DNA of 63,832 nt, filler included, from Lama guanicoe (lineage: Eukaryota): NCBI GenBank assembly GCA_013239625.1. It is 201 parts of 201 records of this genome, joined end to end, with 100 filler letters (N's around TTAATTAATTAA, not from the genome) between each part and the next. Parts side by side here need not be neighbours in the genome. Positions count along the whole stretch, not along the records: positions 1 to 218 come from PNXV01039487.1; positions 319 to 536 come from PNXV01039488.1; positions 637 to 854 come from PNXV01039489.1; positions 955 to 1,172 come from PNXV01039490.1; positions 1,273 to 1,490 come from PNXV01039491.1; positions 1,591 to 1,808 come from PNXV01039492.1; positions 1,909 to 2,126 come from PNXV01039493.1; positions 2,227 to 2,444 come from PNXV01039494.1; 193 more parts are not named here. One strand, written 5' to 3'. Below the pieces are notes generated by a model. That model was given only the letters and a program-made list of their open reading frames with translations. It searched no databases and was not told the origin of the DNA. A program made the position numbers and the translations under genes. Of this stretch, positions 1-11,030 are shown one piece after another; position 1 is the first letter of the stretch, and each line of letters starts with the position of its first letter.

Positions 1-954
1 ACGTCTAAGAAAATATTTGAAATGCAATTGGGAAAACACGAAGTGATGCGATCACAACGTAATACAGCACTCTGTAGTTTATAGGATCTATATTTATTTC
101 ATTACGCAACTTAATTCTAACAGTTCCACGAGGGAGGAAGGATAGGCATTCTTTCCATTCTTATCCTTCATAAAACAGACACAGATCACAAAGCCAGAAA
201 AATGGCTGAATCTCATTTNNNNNNNNNNNNNNNNNNNNNNNNNNNNNNNNNNNNNNNNNNNNTTAATTAATTAANNNNNNNNNNNNNNNNNNNNNNNNNN
301 NNNNNNNNNNNNNNNNNNGGGCTCCCCTCACTCCTACCTCGGCCTCCAGCCAGTGGGGAGCTAGGGGCCAGGCCATTCCAACCTGCACAGGTGACCCCAC
401 CTGGGGACTGGAGCTGACCCTGTCATCCTCACAGCCCTCCCCCCACCCCCAGGACCAGGGAGACCCTGAGCTTCACGGGCGTCAGAACTGCAGGAGCCCC
501 CATGGGACCTCGGGCAGGGCTGCCGGCACCCACCTCNNNNNNNNNNNNNNNNNNNNNNNNNNNNNNNNNNNNNNNNNNNNTTAATTAATTAANNNNNNNN
601 NNNNNNNNNNNNNNNNNNNNNNNNNNNNNNNNNNNNCCAGGACCCGGCACCCTGTTATGACTGACATCTGTTGCCTGGCATTCCCACTGCTGGTTATGAC
701 ATCCTGCGTAACTAAATTTGTAAGTCCATAATAGTAATAACAACAGCAATAATACCGGATGTGGGAAATGAGTAGGCCCCTCCTCTACCGGAAGACGTGT
801 AATTTGACACAAGCTTCTTGGAGGAGCAATTTGGCACCACAGTAAAAGTCAAATNNNNNNNNNNNNNNNNNNNNNNNNNNNNNNNNNNNNNNNNNNNNTT
901 AATTAATTAANNNNNNNNNNNNNNNNNNNNNNNNNNNNNNNNNNNNNNNNNNNN

Positions 955-1490
955 TTTTTCACTCTTGTGTTTTTCTAGTAGTTTTGTATATCTGTTGAGC
1001 ACCCTTTCCTGTTCATATTGAAATGTATAGGCGTTTTGGACTGAAAATGACAGGTGAAGGCAATTTAGTTTCCTCACTGTCTTTTTGGCTCAAGAATGCC
1101 CTCTTCTGTTGGTTAAGCACTGCTTTTTAAATAAATGGTGCCTAATTGCTATGCTTGTTGACCTGACTTAGGNNNNNNNNNNNNNNNNNNNNNNNNNNNN
1201 NNNNNNNNNNNNNNNNTTAATTAATTAANNNNNNNNNNNNNNNNNNNNNNNNNNNNNNNNNNNNNNNNNNNNTTTTTCACTCTTGTGTTTTTCTAGTAGT
1301 TTTGTATATCTGTTGAGCACCTTTTTCTGTTCATATTGAAAGGTATAGGCGTTTTGGACTAAAAATGACAGGTGAAGGCAATTTAGTTTCCTCACTGTTT
1401 TTTTGGCTCAAGAATGCCCTCTTCTGTTGGTTAAGCACTGGTTTTTAAATAAATGGTGCCTAATTGCTATGCTTGTTGACCTGACTTAGG
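955..1490 (+). repeat. Near-identical contig pair (955-1172 / 1273-1490), assembly bubble
   Basis: First and last 49 nt identical; 6 substitutions in the 120-nt core. Confidence 0.95.
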
Positions 1491-1590
1491 NNNNNNNNNN
1501 NNNNNNNNNNNNNNNNNNNNNNNNNNNNNNNNNNTTAATTAATTAANNNNNNNNNNNNNNNNNNNNNNNNNNNNNNNNNNNNNNNNNNNN

Positions 1591-1704
1591 GGCTGACATG
1601 ATGCTGAGGGGGGAGTAGAAGATATTCTTCCCGGTTGATCCCTGTCTGATCTGTTGGTACAGATCGACTGTGAAGTGGGTGATTGGCCCACTGAGTGAAT
1701 CCAT
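1591..1704 (-). CDS. Clade B serpin (SERPINB3/B4-like), first coding exon, partial
   Basis: Minus strand: splice acceptor ttttccAG (1731-1730), short UTR ending acaccATG (ATG at 1704). Translates MDSLSGPITHFTVDLYQQIRQGSTGKNIFYSPLSIMSA, with the serpin N-terminal NIFYSPxSI motif. Confidence 0.85.
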
Positions 1705-3498
1705 GGTGTCTTGACGCTGTCTGGAGCTCCTGGAAAAGCATCCGAGATTTTGTAATGACTTTACTGAAGGAAAGGTTAGTCTGTAATTTTCTTAAAAGAC
1801 ATCATGCCNNNNNNNNNNNNNNNNNNNNNNNNNNNNNNNNNNNNNNNNNNNNTTAATTAATTAANNNNNNNNNNNNNNNNNNNNNNNNNNNNNNNNNNNN
1901 NNNNNNNNATGTGGCATTAAGCTAATACAACTTCTGAGGCCCTGAAGGATCTACACCCATTCCAGGAGAAGACAGCCCAGCCTGCAGCTTTTAAAAGACA
2001 TCCAACTCTGCCAGGCACTGAGAAATTCACTCTCACTGAGACTGAGCAGAATATTAAGTTAAACAGAATGGATTGGGGACTTAACTTTCTTTGGCATTTT
2101 ACAACACAAGGGCAACAGAATTTGATNNNNNNNNNNNNNNNNNNNNNNNNNNNNNNNNNNNNNNNNNNNNTTAATTAATTAANNNNNNNNNNNNNNNNNN
2201 NNNNNNNNNNNNNNNNNNNNNNNNNNAGCGTTTTCGCCCCAGGACGCATCTACCCCGAGGATCCCGGGGGCCGCTGCTCTCTGAGCTCAGAGCAGGGAGG
2301 CCTCGGGGGCTTTGCCGATTTTCCTAGAAGACTGTAGCCCTATGAGGCCCCCCTCCTGCAGACCCAAGAGCACACGCGGGGCTTCTGCGTGTTCAGCACA
2401 GTCTGGGGAGGGGGCCCTGCGGGGACAGATCTTTCCCAGGCACTNNNNNNNNNNNNNNNNNNNNNNNNNNNNNNNNNNNNNNNNNNNNTTAATTAATTAA
2501 NNNNNNNNNNNNNNNNNNNNNNNNNNNNNNNNNNNNNNNNNNNNCTCCATTGTGGCTCCCTCCTAGTTACATGTGACCATGAGTACTGGTGCACTTGGAG
2601 GCCGCAGCTGTGTGAACCACTGAGACTCTTTTTCTACTGAGGTCTTTGAACTTGTGTACTCAGATAACCTAGTCAGGGGGCCATGGTTGCAGACACCAAA
2701 TCTGCTCTTCCTTCATTTCAGCCACCTTTGTGTGTTTTAGTCCACCAAACTTCACCTGTTCANNNNNNNNNNNNNNNNNNNNNNNNNNNNNNNNNNNNNN
2801 NNNNNNTTAATTAATTAANNNNNNNNNNNNNNNNNNNNNNNNNNNNNNNNNNNNNNNNNNNNGGTCCTCAGGGCGAGGTCCTTTCCCTCCTGGTCCTCTG
2901 AGGTCTGTGCTTCTGTGATGGGGGATCTGGGACCCCAGGGCAGCATCCCTCCAGTCCTGCCAGGTGGGCTCTGGGGCTGTGGCATCTGAAGATGCTGCGG
3001 GGGCGCTAACCACCGTGCCCTCCCTCCTTCGGGCCTGGCCTGGTTTTCTTCGATGGCCCCTCTGCCTGGTGGCCCTAAGCNNNNNNNNNNNNNNNNNNNN
3101 NNNNNNNNNNNNNNNNNNNNNNNNTTAATTAATTAANNNNNNNNNNNNNNNNNNNNNNNNNNNNNNNNNNNNNNNNNNNNATATATATATATAGCTTTAA
3201 AAATGTTTCACTCACTTTTAGTTACTCTCTTTAATAGGCTAGAATTAATTTGGTCCACAATTGACCTAAAAAAAGCTACTTATAAGCATATGTCCACAGT
3301 CTCATAATTTGCCGAGTTAACGTAGCAGTTCAGTTAAGAGCTAAACATTTCACTTAGCAAGTAAATGAGTTTACAAATCCATAATGCCAAAAAACCCCNN
3401 NNNNNNNNNNNNNNNNNNNNNNNNNNNNNNNNNNNNNNNNNNTTAATTAATTAANNNNNNNNNNNNNNNNNNNNNNNNNNNNNNNNNNNNNNNNNNNN

Positions 3499-3716
3499 GA
3501 ACAACAGAAATGGTAAATAAGTGAGCAAATATAAAAGATTATTTTCTTTAAATTACTTTAATATACATTTAGCTTTTTAAAGCAAAAGCCATAGCACTGT
3601 ATCGTGGGGTTTATAGCACACAGAGATATAAGGCATATGACAACCAGAGCAAAGAAGACTGGGGATGGTAAATTGGGTTATACAAGGCTCTTACATTTTA
3701 TATGAAGGGGTACAAT
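3499..3716 (+). repeat. Contig near-identical to 6997-7214 (bubble pair), old L1M-like sequence
   Basis: 49 identical nt at each end; 6 core differences, all transitions. Confidence 0.9.
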
Positions 3717-4134
3717 NNNNNNNNNNNNNNNNNNNNNNNNNNNNNNNNNNNNNNNNNNNNTTAATTAATTAANNNNNNNNNNNNNNNNNNNNNNNNNNNN
3801 NNNNNNNNNNNNNNNNAACAATGATAATCAAAACAAATAATGATCAAATTATTAATTTATCAAATAATCAAATCTGCATTTTTATCCTGTAGATTCTCAG
3901 CCCTCTCCTAGTTGATTCTTTATAAATAACTAGGGGCAGCTCACAGGTATAAAATCAACCATCAAAAGAAAGAGACCTAGCAGGCACCTTCCTCACCCTT
4001 GTTCTCTCCCATGTTTCAACAGCCTTAGTCATTANNNNNNNNNNNNNNNNNNNNNNNNNNNNNNNNNNNNNNNNNNNNTTAATTAATTAANNNNNNNNNN
4101 NNNNNNNNNNNNNNNNNNNNNNNNNNNNNNNNNN

Positions 4135-4352
4135 GAAAAAGCTTAAATTGAACAAATGTTAGTAAAAGTATGAATGTTAAAGGCTCTGCTGGTGAGAACT
4201 CAAAAAAAAAAAAACTGAGAAGAATGGCAGAAAAAGCATATACTGCCTTAGAGAATACCTAAATTGTGATGAATAGATTTTTTTGTAAAAAATATATATA
4301 TATACTAAAGGTATTGGTAGTGTGAGATCAAAAGAAAATGAAGAACAATTTT
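4135..4352 (+). mobile_element. MaLR (MLT1-type) internal sequence fragment
   Basis: ctgctggtgagaactc...cttagagaatacctaaa...taaaggtattggt...gaaaatgaagaaca matches the remembered MLT1-int pattern. Confidence 0.7.
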
Positions 4353-6097
4353 NNNNNNNNNNNNNNNNNNNNNNNNNNNNNNNNNNNNNNNNNNNNTTAA
4401 TTAATTAANNNNNNNNNNNNNNNNNNNNNNNNNNNNNNNNNNNNNNNNNNNNATGATGGGGACCTGCTTTTTTCTCACCTTCTTTAGTGACATCTTTTGT
4501 CTATGGTGAAGTGATTAAAAAAACAAGGCTCATTGGTTTTGGGTCAGATTTGGAAAATGTATACGTTTGGAGACCCCCTGGAGGAACAAGGGGGTTCAAA
4601 ACTGCTCAGATAATTTACTGGTTGTCTTGTCCAAATGCCCAATAAGATGCTATTTGCAAGGATTTTTTTANNNNNNNNNNNNNNNNNNNNNNNNNNNNNN
4701 NNNNNNNNNNNNNNTTAATTAATTAANNNNNNNNNNNNNNNNNNNNNNNNNNNNNNNNNNNNNNNNNNNNAAGATGTCACTAAAGAAGGTGAGAAAAAAG
4801 CAGGTCCCCATCATCCAGAATGCCTCCCAAAGAGCCCACAGAAGTAAAGAGGAGATGAGCGAGAGAAACAGTTTATTTATACACACGCACGAGCCAATCA
4901 CAAAAGTAACTACCATGTTAAATGGTGAAAGTGAAAGGCTTTTTTTAATCAACCTAACTTAATAGGGCAAAGGGAGAGGAGAGAATTGNNNNNNNNNNNN
5001 NNNNNNNNNNNNNNNNNNNNNNNNNNNNNNNNTTAATTAATTAANNNNNNNNNNNNNNNNNNNNNNNNNNNNNNNNNNNNNNNNNNNNTCCCAAGAAGCG
5101 GCCCCACCGCCCCCCTCCTCTGACACCTGCCCCTCTCGAGGCTCAATGTGCAGCCCCAGCCACAGCACAAGACACACTCCCTCCACACGGGAGTTCTCCT
5201 CTGCTCCTGTCAAGAGCCAGCCCCTTCAGGTCCGGGGACTCTTCCTGGGATCATGTCCCCTCTTCCTCCCCTGAAAATTGCCTGCTCCTCCTATATGTCC
5301 CACCTCNNNNNNNNNNNNNNNNNNNNNNNNNNNNNNNNNNNNNNNNNNNNTTAATTAATTAANNNNNNNNNNNNNNNNNNNNNNNNNNNNNNNNNNNNNN
5401 NNNNNNTAAGAGGCTGGGGCCAAGTATCTTGTATTAAATACAGATGCAAGTTGCAAATTAACAAACTGAAAACCAGAAAGTACCTAGGGTAAAAAGCCAA
5501 TTCTTAACTAATTATGTGAGACAAATACCATGTCGTTGGTAGCCACATTTTGGGGGTGATTAGAGCCATAGAATGAGTTAATATTACAAAAATATATTGC
5601 CAGTAGGGGCTACTGTGGGGCCTTNNNNNNNNNNNNNNNNNNNNNNNNNNNNNNNNNNNNNNNNNNNNTTAATTAATTAANNNNNNNNNNNNNNNNNNNN
5701 NNNNNNNNNNNNNNNNNNNNNNNNATGGGACAGAAGGCAGGAGTCGCCCCATCAGGTGGAAGAGAGGTCAGTGCAGCTCCATCCCGCCACTTTGGGGTGG
5801 ACAAACAGCAGACCAAGCTCTGAGTGCACCCAGGAATCCGGGGCTGCTGCCTGCGGACAGCTGCAGGGTGTCTCTGGGTCCAGGGAGTTACTCTATTATG
5901 GGATCCCCCGCGCATCTCCCTTTATCCTATTGTCTCCATTGCNNNNNNNNNNNNNNNNNNNNNNNNNNNNNNNNNNNNNNNNNNNNTTAATTAATTAANN
6001 NNNNNNNNNNNNNNNNNNNNNNNNNNNNNNNNNNNNNNNNNNATATTAGTGAAATTGCATGAGTATTTTGAGCAAACACTTTATATATAAGATTTGG

Positions 6098-6260
6098 GGG
6101 GCTGCTGTCACAAATTACCACAAACTTTGAGTCTTATAATAACATGTTCATTCTCTCACACAATTCTGCAGCCAAAAGTTCAAAATCAATTTCACTGGGC
6201 TACAATCAAGCTGTTTGGCAGGGCCATACTTCCTCCAGCTGCTCTGGGGGAAAAATTTGT
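6098..6260 (-). mobile_element. MLT1 (MLT1C-like) MaLR LTR fragment
   Basis: ggctgctgtcacaaattaccacaaact...tttcactgggctacaatcaagctgtttggcagggcc is the antisense MLT1 LTR end. Confidence 0.8.
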
Positions 6261-6996
6261 NNNNNNNNNNNNNNNNNNNNNNNNNNNNNNNNNNNNNNNN
6301 NNNNTTAATTAATTAANNNNNNNNNNNNNNNNNNNNNNNNNNNNNNNNNNNNNNNNNNNNGTGGATATAGAGAAACACAGCCTTTGCCGAAAGCCTTCAA
6401 CAACTTGGTACTGAGAAAACTAAAGACCAGACCCTTCAGGATGACACTCAAGTCCCAGCGGCACGTCCAGCCTCCTCTCCAAGAACATCCTTGCTCCCTC
6501 TGCCCTCCCGCCACGCCTGACCAACTGCGCTTGTCATCATTCCTTGCATGTTTAATCTTCCAGAACCTTCCTCAGCCCNNNNNNNNNNNNNNNNNNNNNN
6601 NNNNNNNNNNNNNNNNNNNNNNTTAATTAATTAANNNNNNNNNNNNNNNNNNNNNNNNNNNNNNNNNNNNNNNNNNNNCAGCACCAGTGCTCCCACGGAG
6701 GCGCGTCCGGCCCCAGTGCAGCGCACTGCTCCATTCTGACTCGAGAACCCTTTGGTTCCAAACTAAACATATGTGAGAACACTGAAGGGGTTTCTCGTGT
6801 GGGTCCAAACCGGCCCGGCTGATGGCGCTCTGGGCTGAGACTTCAGAGGAGAGACGCGGGAGCGACTCCACGACCCCATCAACGACGTCGCACTTGNNNN
6901 NNNNNNNNNNNNNNNNNNNNNNNNNNNNNNNNNNNNNNNNTTAATTAATTAANNNNNNNNNNNNNNNNNNNNNNNNNNNNNNNNNNNNNNNNNNNN

Positions 6997-7214
6997 GAAC
7001 AACAGAAATGGTAAATAAGTGAGCAAATATAAAAGATTATTTTCTCTAAATTACTTTAATATACATTTAGCTTTTTAAAGCAAAAACCATAGCACTGTAT
7101 CGTGGGGTTTATAGCATACAGAGATATAAGGCATATGACAACCAGAGCAAAGAAGATTGGGGACAGTAAATTGGGTTATACAAGGCTCTTACATTTTATA
7201 TGAAGGGGTACAAT
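6997..7214 (+). repeat. Bubble partner of 3499-3716
   Basis: Direct alignment: 6 substitutions, identical 49-nt ends. Confidence 0.9.
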
Positions 7215-7950
7215 NNNNNNNNNNNNNNNNNNNNNNNNNNNNNNNNNNNNNNNNNNNNTTAATTAATTAANNNNNNNNNNNNNNNNNNNNNNNNNNNNNN
7301 NNNNNNNNNNNNNNGTAAAATGAAGACAGGTGGGCGTGGCTGGGTGCCGGCAAAACCCTCCCACGATGCAGGAGGAGGGCTGGGTGTGGCCCTCGGGCCG
7401 CAGCGGCCTCCCCTGATCTCACGCCCGACTCTCCAGAACCTGGACCCGAGGCTTTGCTCTGACTCACCATGAGAGTCCTCAAGTTCTGCTTCCCTGCCTC
7501 CCTGGCCCCGCCGCCCACTGAACGAGGACCGTNNNNNNNNNNNNNNNNNNNNNNNNNNNNNNNNNNNNNNNNNNNNTTAATTAATTAANNNNNNNNNNNN
7601 NNNNNNNNNNNNNNNNNNNNNNNNNNNNNNNNAAAAAGAAAGAGGTGACTTTGGAGAGCCAGAATTCCTTAATATTAAAGGATTCCATGTAAGAAGGGAT
7701 GGATTTCCCCTCTTTGGCACTGCCTTAATAAAAATCAGCACCCCGCCCCCACCACAAACCAAAAAGGAGCTATTGCTGATTTTCACAGACAAGAAAAATG
7801 CCCTTTCTTTTTATTCAATTATGATAATGGTGGTTAGAATTACGGAATAANNNNNNNNNNNNNNNNNNNNNNNNNNNNNNNNNNNNNNNNNNNNTTAATT
7901 AATTAANNNNNNNNNNNNNNNNNNNNNNNNNNNNNNNNNNNNNNNNNNNN

Positions 7951-8168
7951 CGCCCGCAGCCTCAGCCTGCCCCTGCCCCGGCCGCGTCCCCTAGCCCCGG
8001 TCTCCCCCTGCCAACTTCTCGGCCGGTCCCCTTTGTTCCCGTTTGTTGTGGTGACTCTTCGCCCGGCTGGGCGATCCCACCAGCCCCCCTCAGCCCGCCC
8101 GGCGCCCGGCGAGCCCGGGGCCCCGCGCGCCCCGCTGCCCGGGCTGGGGACTCGGCGCCGGAGCTCCT
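7951..8168. promoter_or_regulatory. CpG-island fragment (probable promoter or first-exon region)
   Basis: Very GC-rich, dense unmutated CpGs, GC-box-like ccgccc motifs. Confidence 0.6.
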
Positions 8169-8268
8169 NNNNNNNNNNNNNNNNNNNNNNNNNNNNNNNN
8201 NNNNNNNNNNNNTTAATTAATTAANNNNNNNNNNNNNNNNNNNNNNNNNNNNNNNNNNNNNNNNNNNN

Positions 8269-8486
8269 TTTCTACAACTCTACTAGCTTTTGGCTTGTTG
8301 TGTTTTGTTCCTTTTGCATAATCTTTGGTCTGGATGTGCTCACGAACGCCTCCAGTGCAATGTCAAGTGTTAGCGGCGATGCTGAGCATCCTCGCCTCTT
8401 GTGCATTCCTCGGGGGAAAGCCGCTGGAGTCCCCAGTAAGCAGAGTGTTGGCTTAGGGTTGAGGCATAACTTCTTCAGTAGGTAAG
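8269..8486 (-). mobile_element. Old L1 ORF2 fragment (antisense), GC-shifted
   Basis: tccagtgcaatgtcaagtgttagcggcgatgctgagcatcctcgcctctt...ggggaaagc resembles L1 antisense tccagtacaatgttgaatagaagtggtgagagtggacatccttg. Confidence 0.55.
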
Positions 8487-10812
8487 NNNNNNNNNNNNNN
8501 NNNNNNNNNNNNNNNNNNNNNNNNNNNNNNTTAATTAATTAANNNNNNNNNNNNNNNNNNNNNNNNNNNNNNNNNNNNNNNNNNNNTAGCTTTTATTATC
8601 TTCTCTTCTTTTCTACTCTCTGCACTTTCTCTACAATATTTTTTGATGTGAATTTATTTTGTTTTTACTACTTGGAACTAGTGCTTCTTAAAACTAAAGG
8701 TTTATACTTATCATCCATTGTGGAAAATGTGCATCTTTCTCATTTTCTCTTTTTGCTTTCTGAAATTCCTATTATTAAACACATAGTGGAGGTTTTCATT
8801 CTATNNNNNNNNNNNNNNNNNNNNNNNNNNNNNNNNNNNNNNNNNNNNTTAATTAATTAANNNNNNNNNNNNNNNNNNNNNNNNNNNNNNNNNNNNNNNN
8901 NNNNAGATTTATGGCCAAATGAATTCTCCTGATCACTAAAGGAGATTAAAGTTGCAACAAAGCAGGACAGTTTTCTTAAGATATGCACACTCCCCTTACA
9001 TTTGAATACAATTCTTACATGTTAAAATAGATGTGTGGTTTATAATTAATTAAATACAAATAATTTCCAGGGACAAACTATAGCATTTTAAGTGAATCAG
9101 TGAAGGGATAACAACGTTTAATNNNNNNNNNNNNNNNNNNNNNNNNNNNNNNNNNNNNNNNNNNNNTTAATTAATTAANNNNNNNNNNNNNNNNNNNNNN
9201 NNNNNNNNNNNNNNNNNNNNNNCTAAGAATTTCTCCACATTTTCTTCTGAATTTCCTAGATAAACACTCCCCCCTCTGACTGTGAAAAGGAGCACCTTCG
9301 AAATGACCCCGTCTGCGCTGCCTCTGGGCTAGGTCCTGATTTATGTTTCCCTTCGTTTTTCCTTTTCTCTGTTGATTGCAAGACGGAGAGCACAAGGAGA
9401 GCAGTGCTGTGTGGACCTGCTTACTTTGGGTGGTGTTTCANNNNNNNNNNNNNNNNNNNNNNNNNNNNNNNNNNNNNNNNNNNNTTAATTAATTAANNNN
9501 NNNNNNNNNNNNNNNNNNNNNNNNNNNNNNNNNNNNNNNNTTTTATCAATTCATTTCTTTCTTTTCCCATCTAAAATTCATTAGTTACTCAAGAGGATGA
9601 CTATTATTTAGAATGAAAGGCAGTTGGAAACCATATTTTATGCAAGTAGAATTTAGAACAATCAGTGAGGGACCTTGTTCAAAATTCTTGAACCTAATAC
9701 TTCAAAAAATTTTTAATTAAAGTATGATTGGTAAACAAAAAGCTATATTTAATGTATANNNNNNNNNNNNNNNNNNNNNNNNNNNNNNNNNNNNNNNNNN
9801 NNTTAATTAATTAANNNNNNNNNNNNNNNNNNNNNNNNNNNNNNNNNNNNNNNNNNNNTCAAGCCGCTTGGTTTATGGCTCCCCTGCCCCTCCCCTGGAG
9901 CAGAAAAGCAACTTTTCCCTTTGTCCTTCTGCCTCAGCTGCGAATTTTTCACAGCTGGGCCTACACATTGGTGGGCTCCTACTTTAGGGCTCTCACCACC
10001 CGCTAATAGGTCTACTAAATGTGAGTGGAAGGACAAATTACTAGACACCAATCCGAGGTGTCAGTCAGGAGAAGCCNNNNNNNNNNNNNNNNNNNNNNNN
10101 NNNNNNNNNNNNNNNNNNNNTTAATTAATTAANNNNNNNNNNNNNNNNNNNNNNNNNNNNNNNNNNNNNNNNNNNNAGGCTACTTAATTTACATGCCTGG
10201 GTGTACATCAGCCCCATTTTTTTTTCTGGTTCATATTTACTTACTTCCTGTGGTTTTTTTAACTTGATGGTGATGAACTTGCAGTTTACTAAACACCAGC
10301 TCCCAGAGGCCAAGAGCCTGGGTCCCAGGCACGTCCTGAGCCGGCGTGTCCTCCTGCTTCAGAGTCTGTGGGTGCAAAGGGCCCCATTTAGAAGNNNNNN
10401 NNNNNNNNNNNNNNNNNNNNNNNNNNNNNNNNNNNNNNTTAATTAATTAANNNNNNNNNNNNNNNNNNNNNNNNNNNNNNNNNNNNNNNNNNNNCTAACA
10501 AGTACTTCAAAGTGGGGAGAGTCAGAGATGGAGATGCCCCCACAGAGGACTCCCGCTGCCTTCTGCACAGGCTGCATCTAGACATACTTACCCTCAAGAA
10601 ACCAGTTTAGAAATAAAAAATAAACCATTCCTCAAAGCCATTGTCAAGTGTTTGCTTTCACCACCCTTATATACACATTTCACTCATTACCTGGGAGAAA
10701 TTAAGCATGCGGNNNNNNNNNNNNNNNNNNNNNNNNNNNNNNNNNNNNNNNNNNNNTTAATTAATTAANNNNNNNNNNNNNNNNNNNNNNNNNNNNNNNN
10801 NNNNNNNNNNNN

Positions 10813-11030
10813 TGAAGATGGTTCAAATGACACCAGAAGATTCAGGAAAATGACATAAAGTAGAGGCAGGGATGGAAAGGATTGACTCTAATTTTGAAAG
10901 AAATATGACAGTGGATAAAATGTGCTCAAACAGCACGGCCTGCTACAGAGAAATCCTGTGTGAAAGGAGGAGACCATGAAGGTGGTAACCTTCACTGTCA
11001 TCTTTATATTAAGAATTTGCCACAGTCACC
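10813..11030 (+). mobile_element. Tigger1 DNA transposon fragment (3' part of transposase region)
   Basis: gaaaggattgactctaattttgaaaga...caaacagcacggcctgctacagagaaatc...aagaatttgccacagtcacc matches the remembered Tigger1 consensus. Confidence 0.85.

Noticed and set aside
6743..6798. Imperfect inverted repeat cgagaacccttt...aaggggtttctcg
   Set aside because: The stem is short and gapped. It could be chance or a decayed MITE, with no miRNA-quality hairpin.
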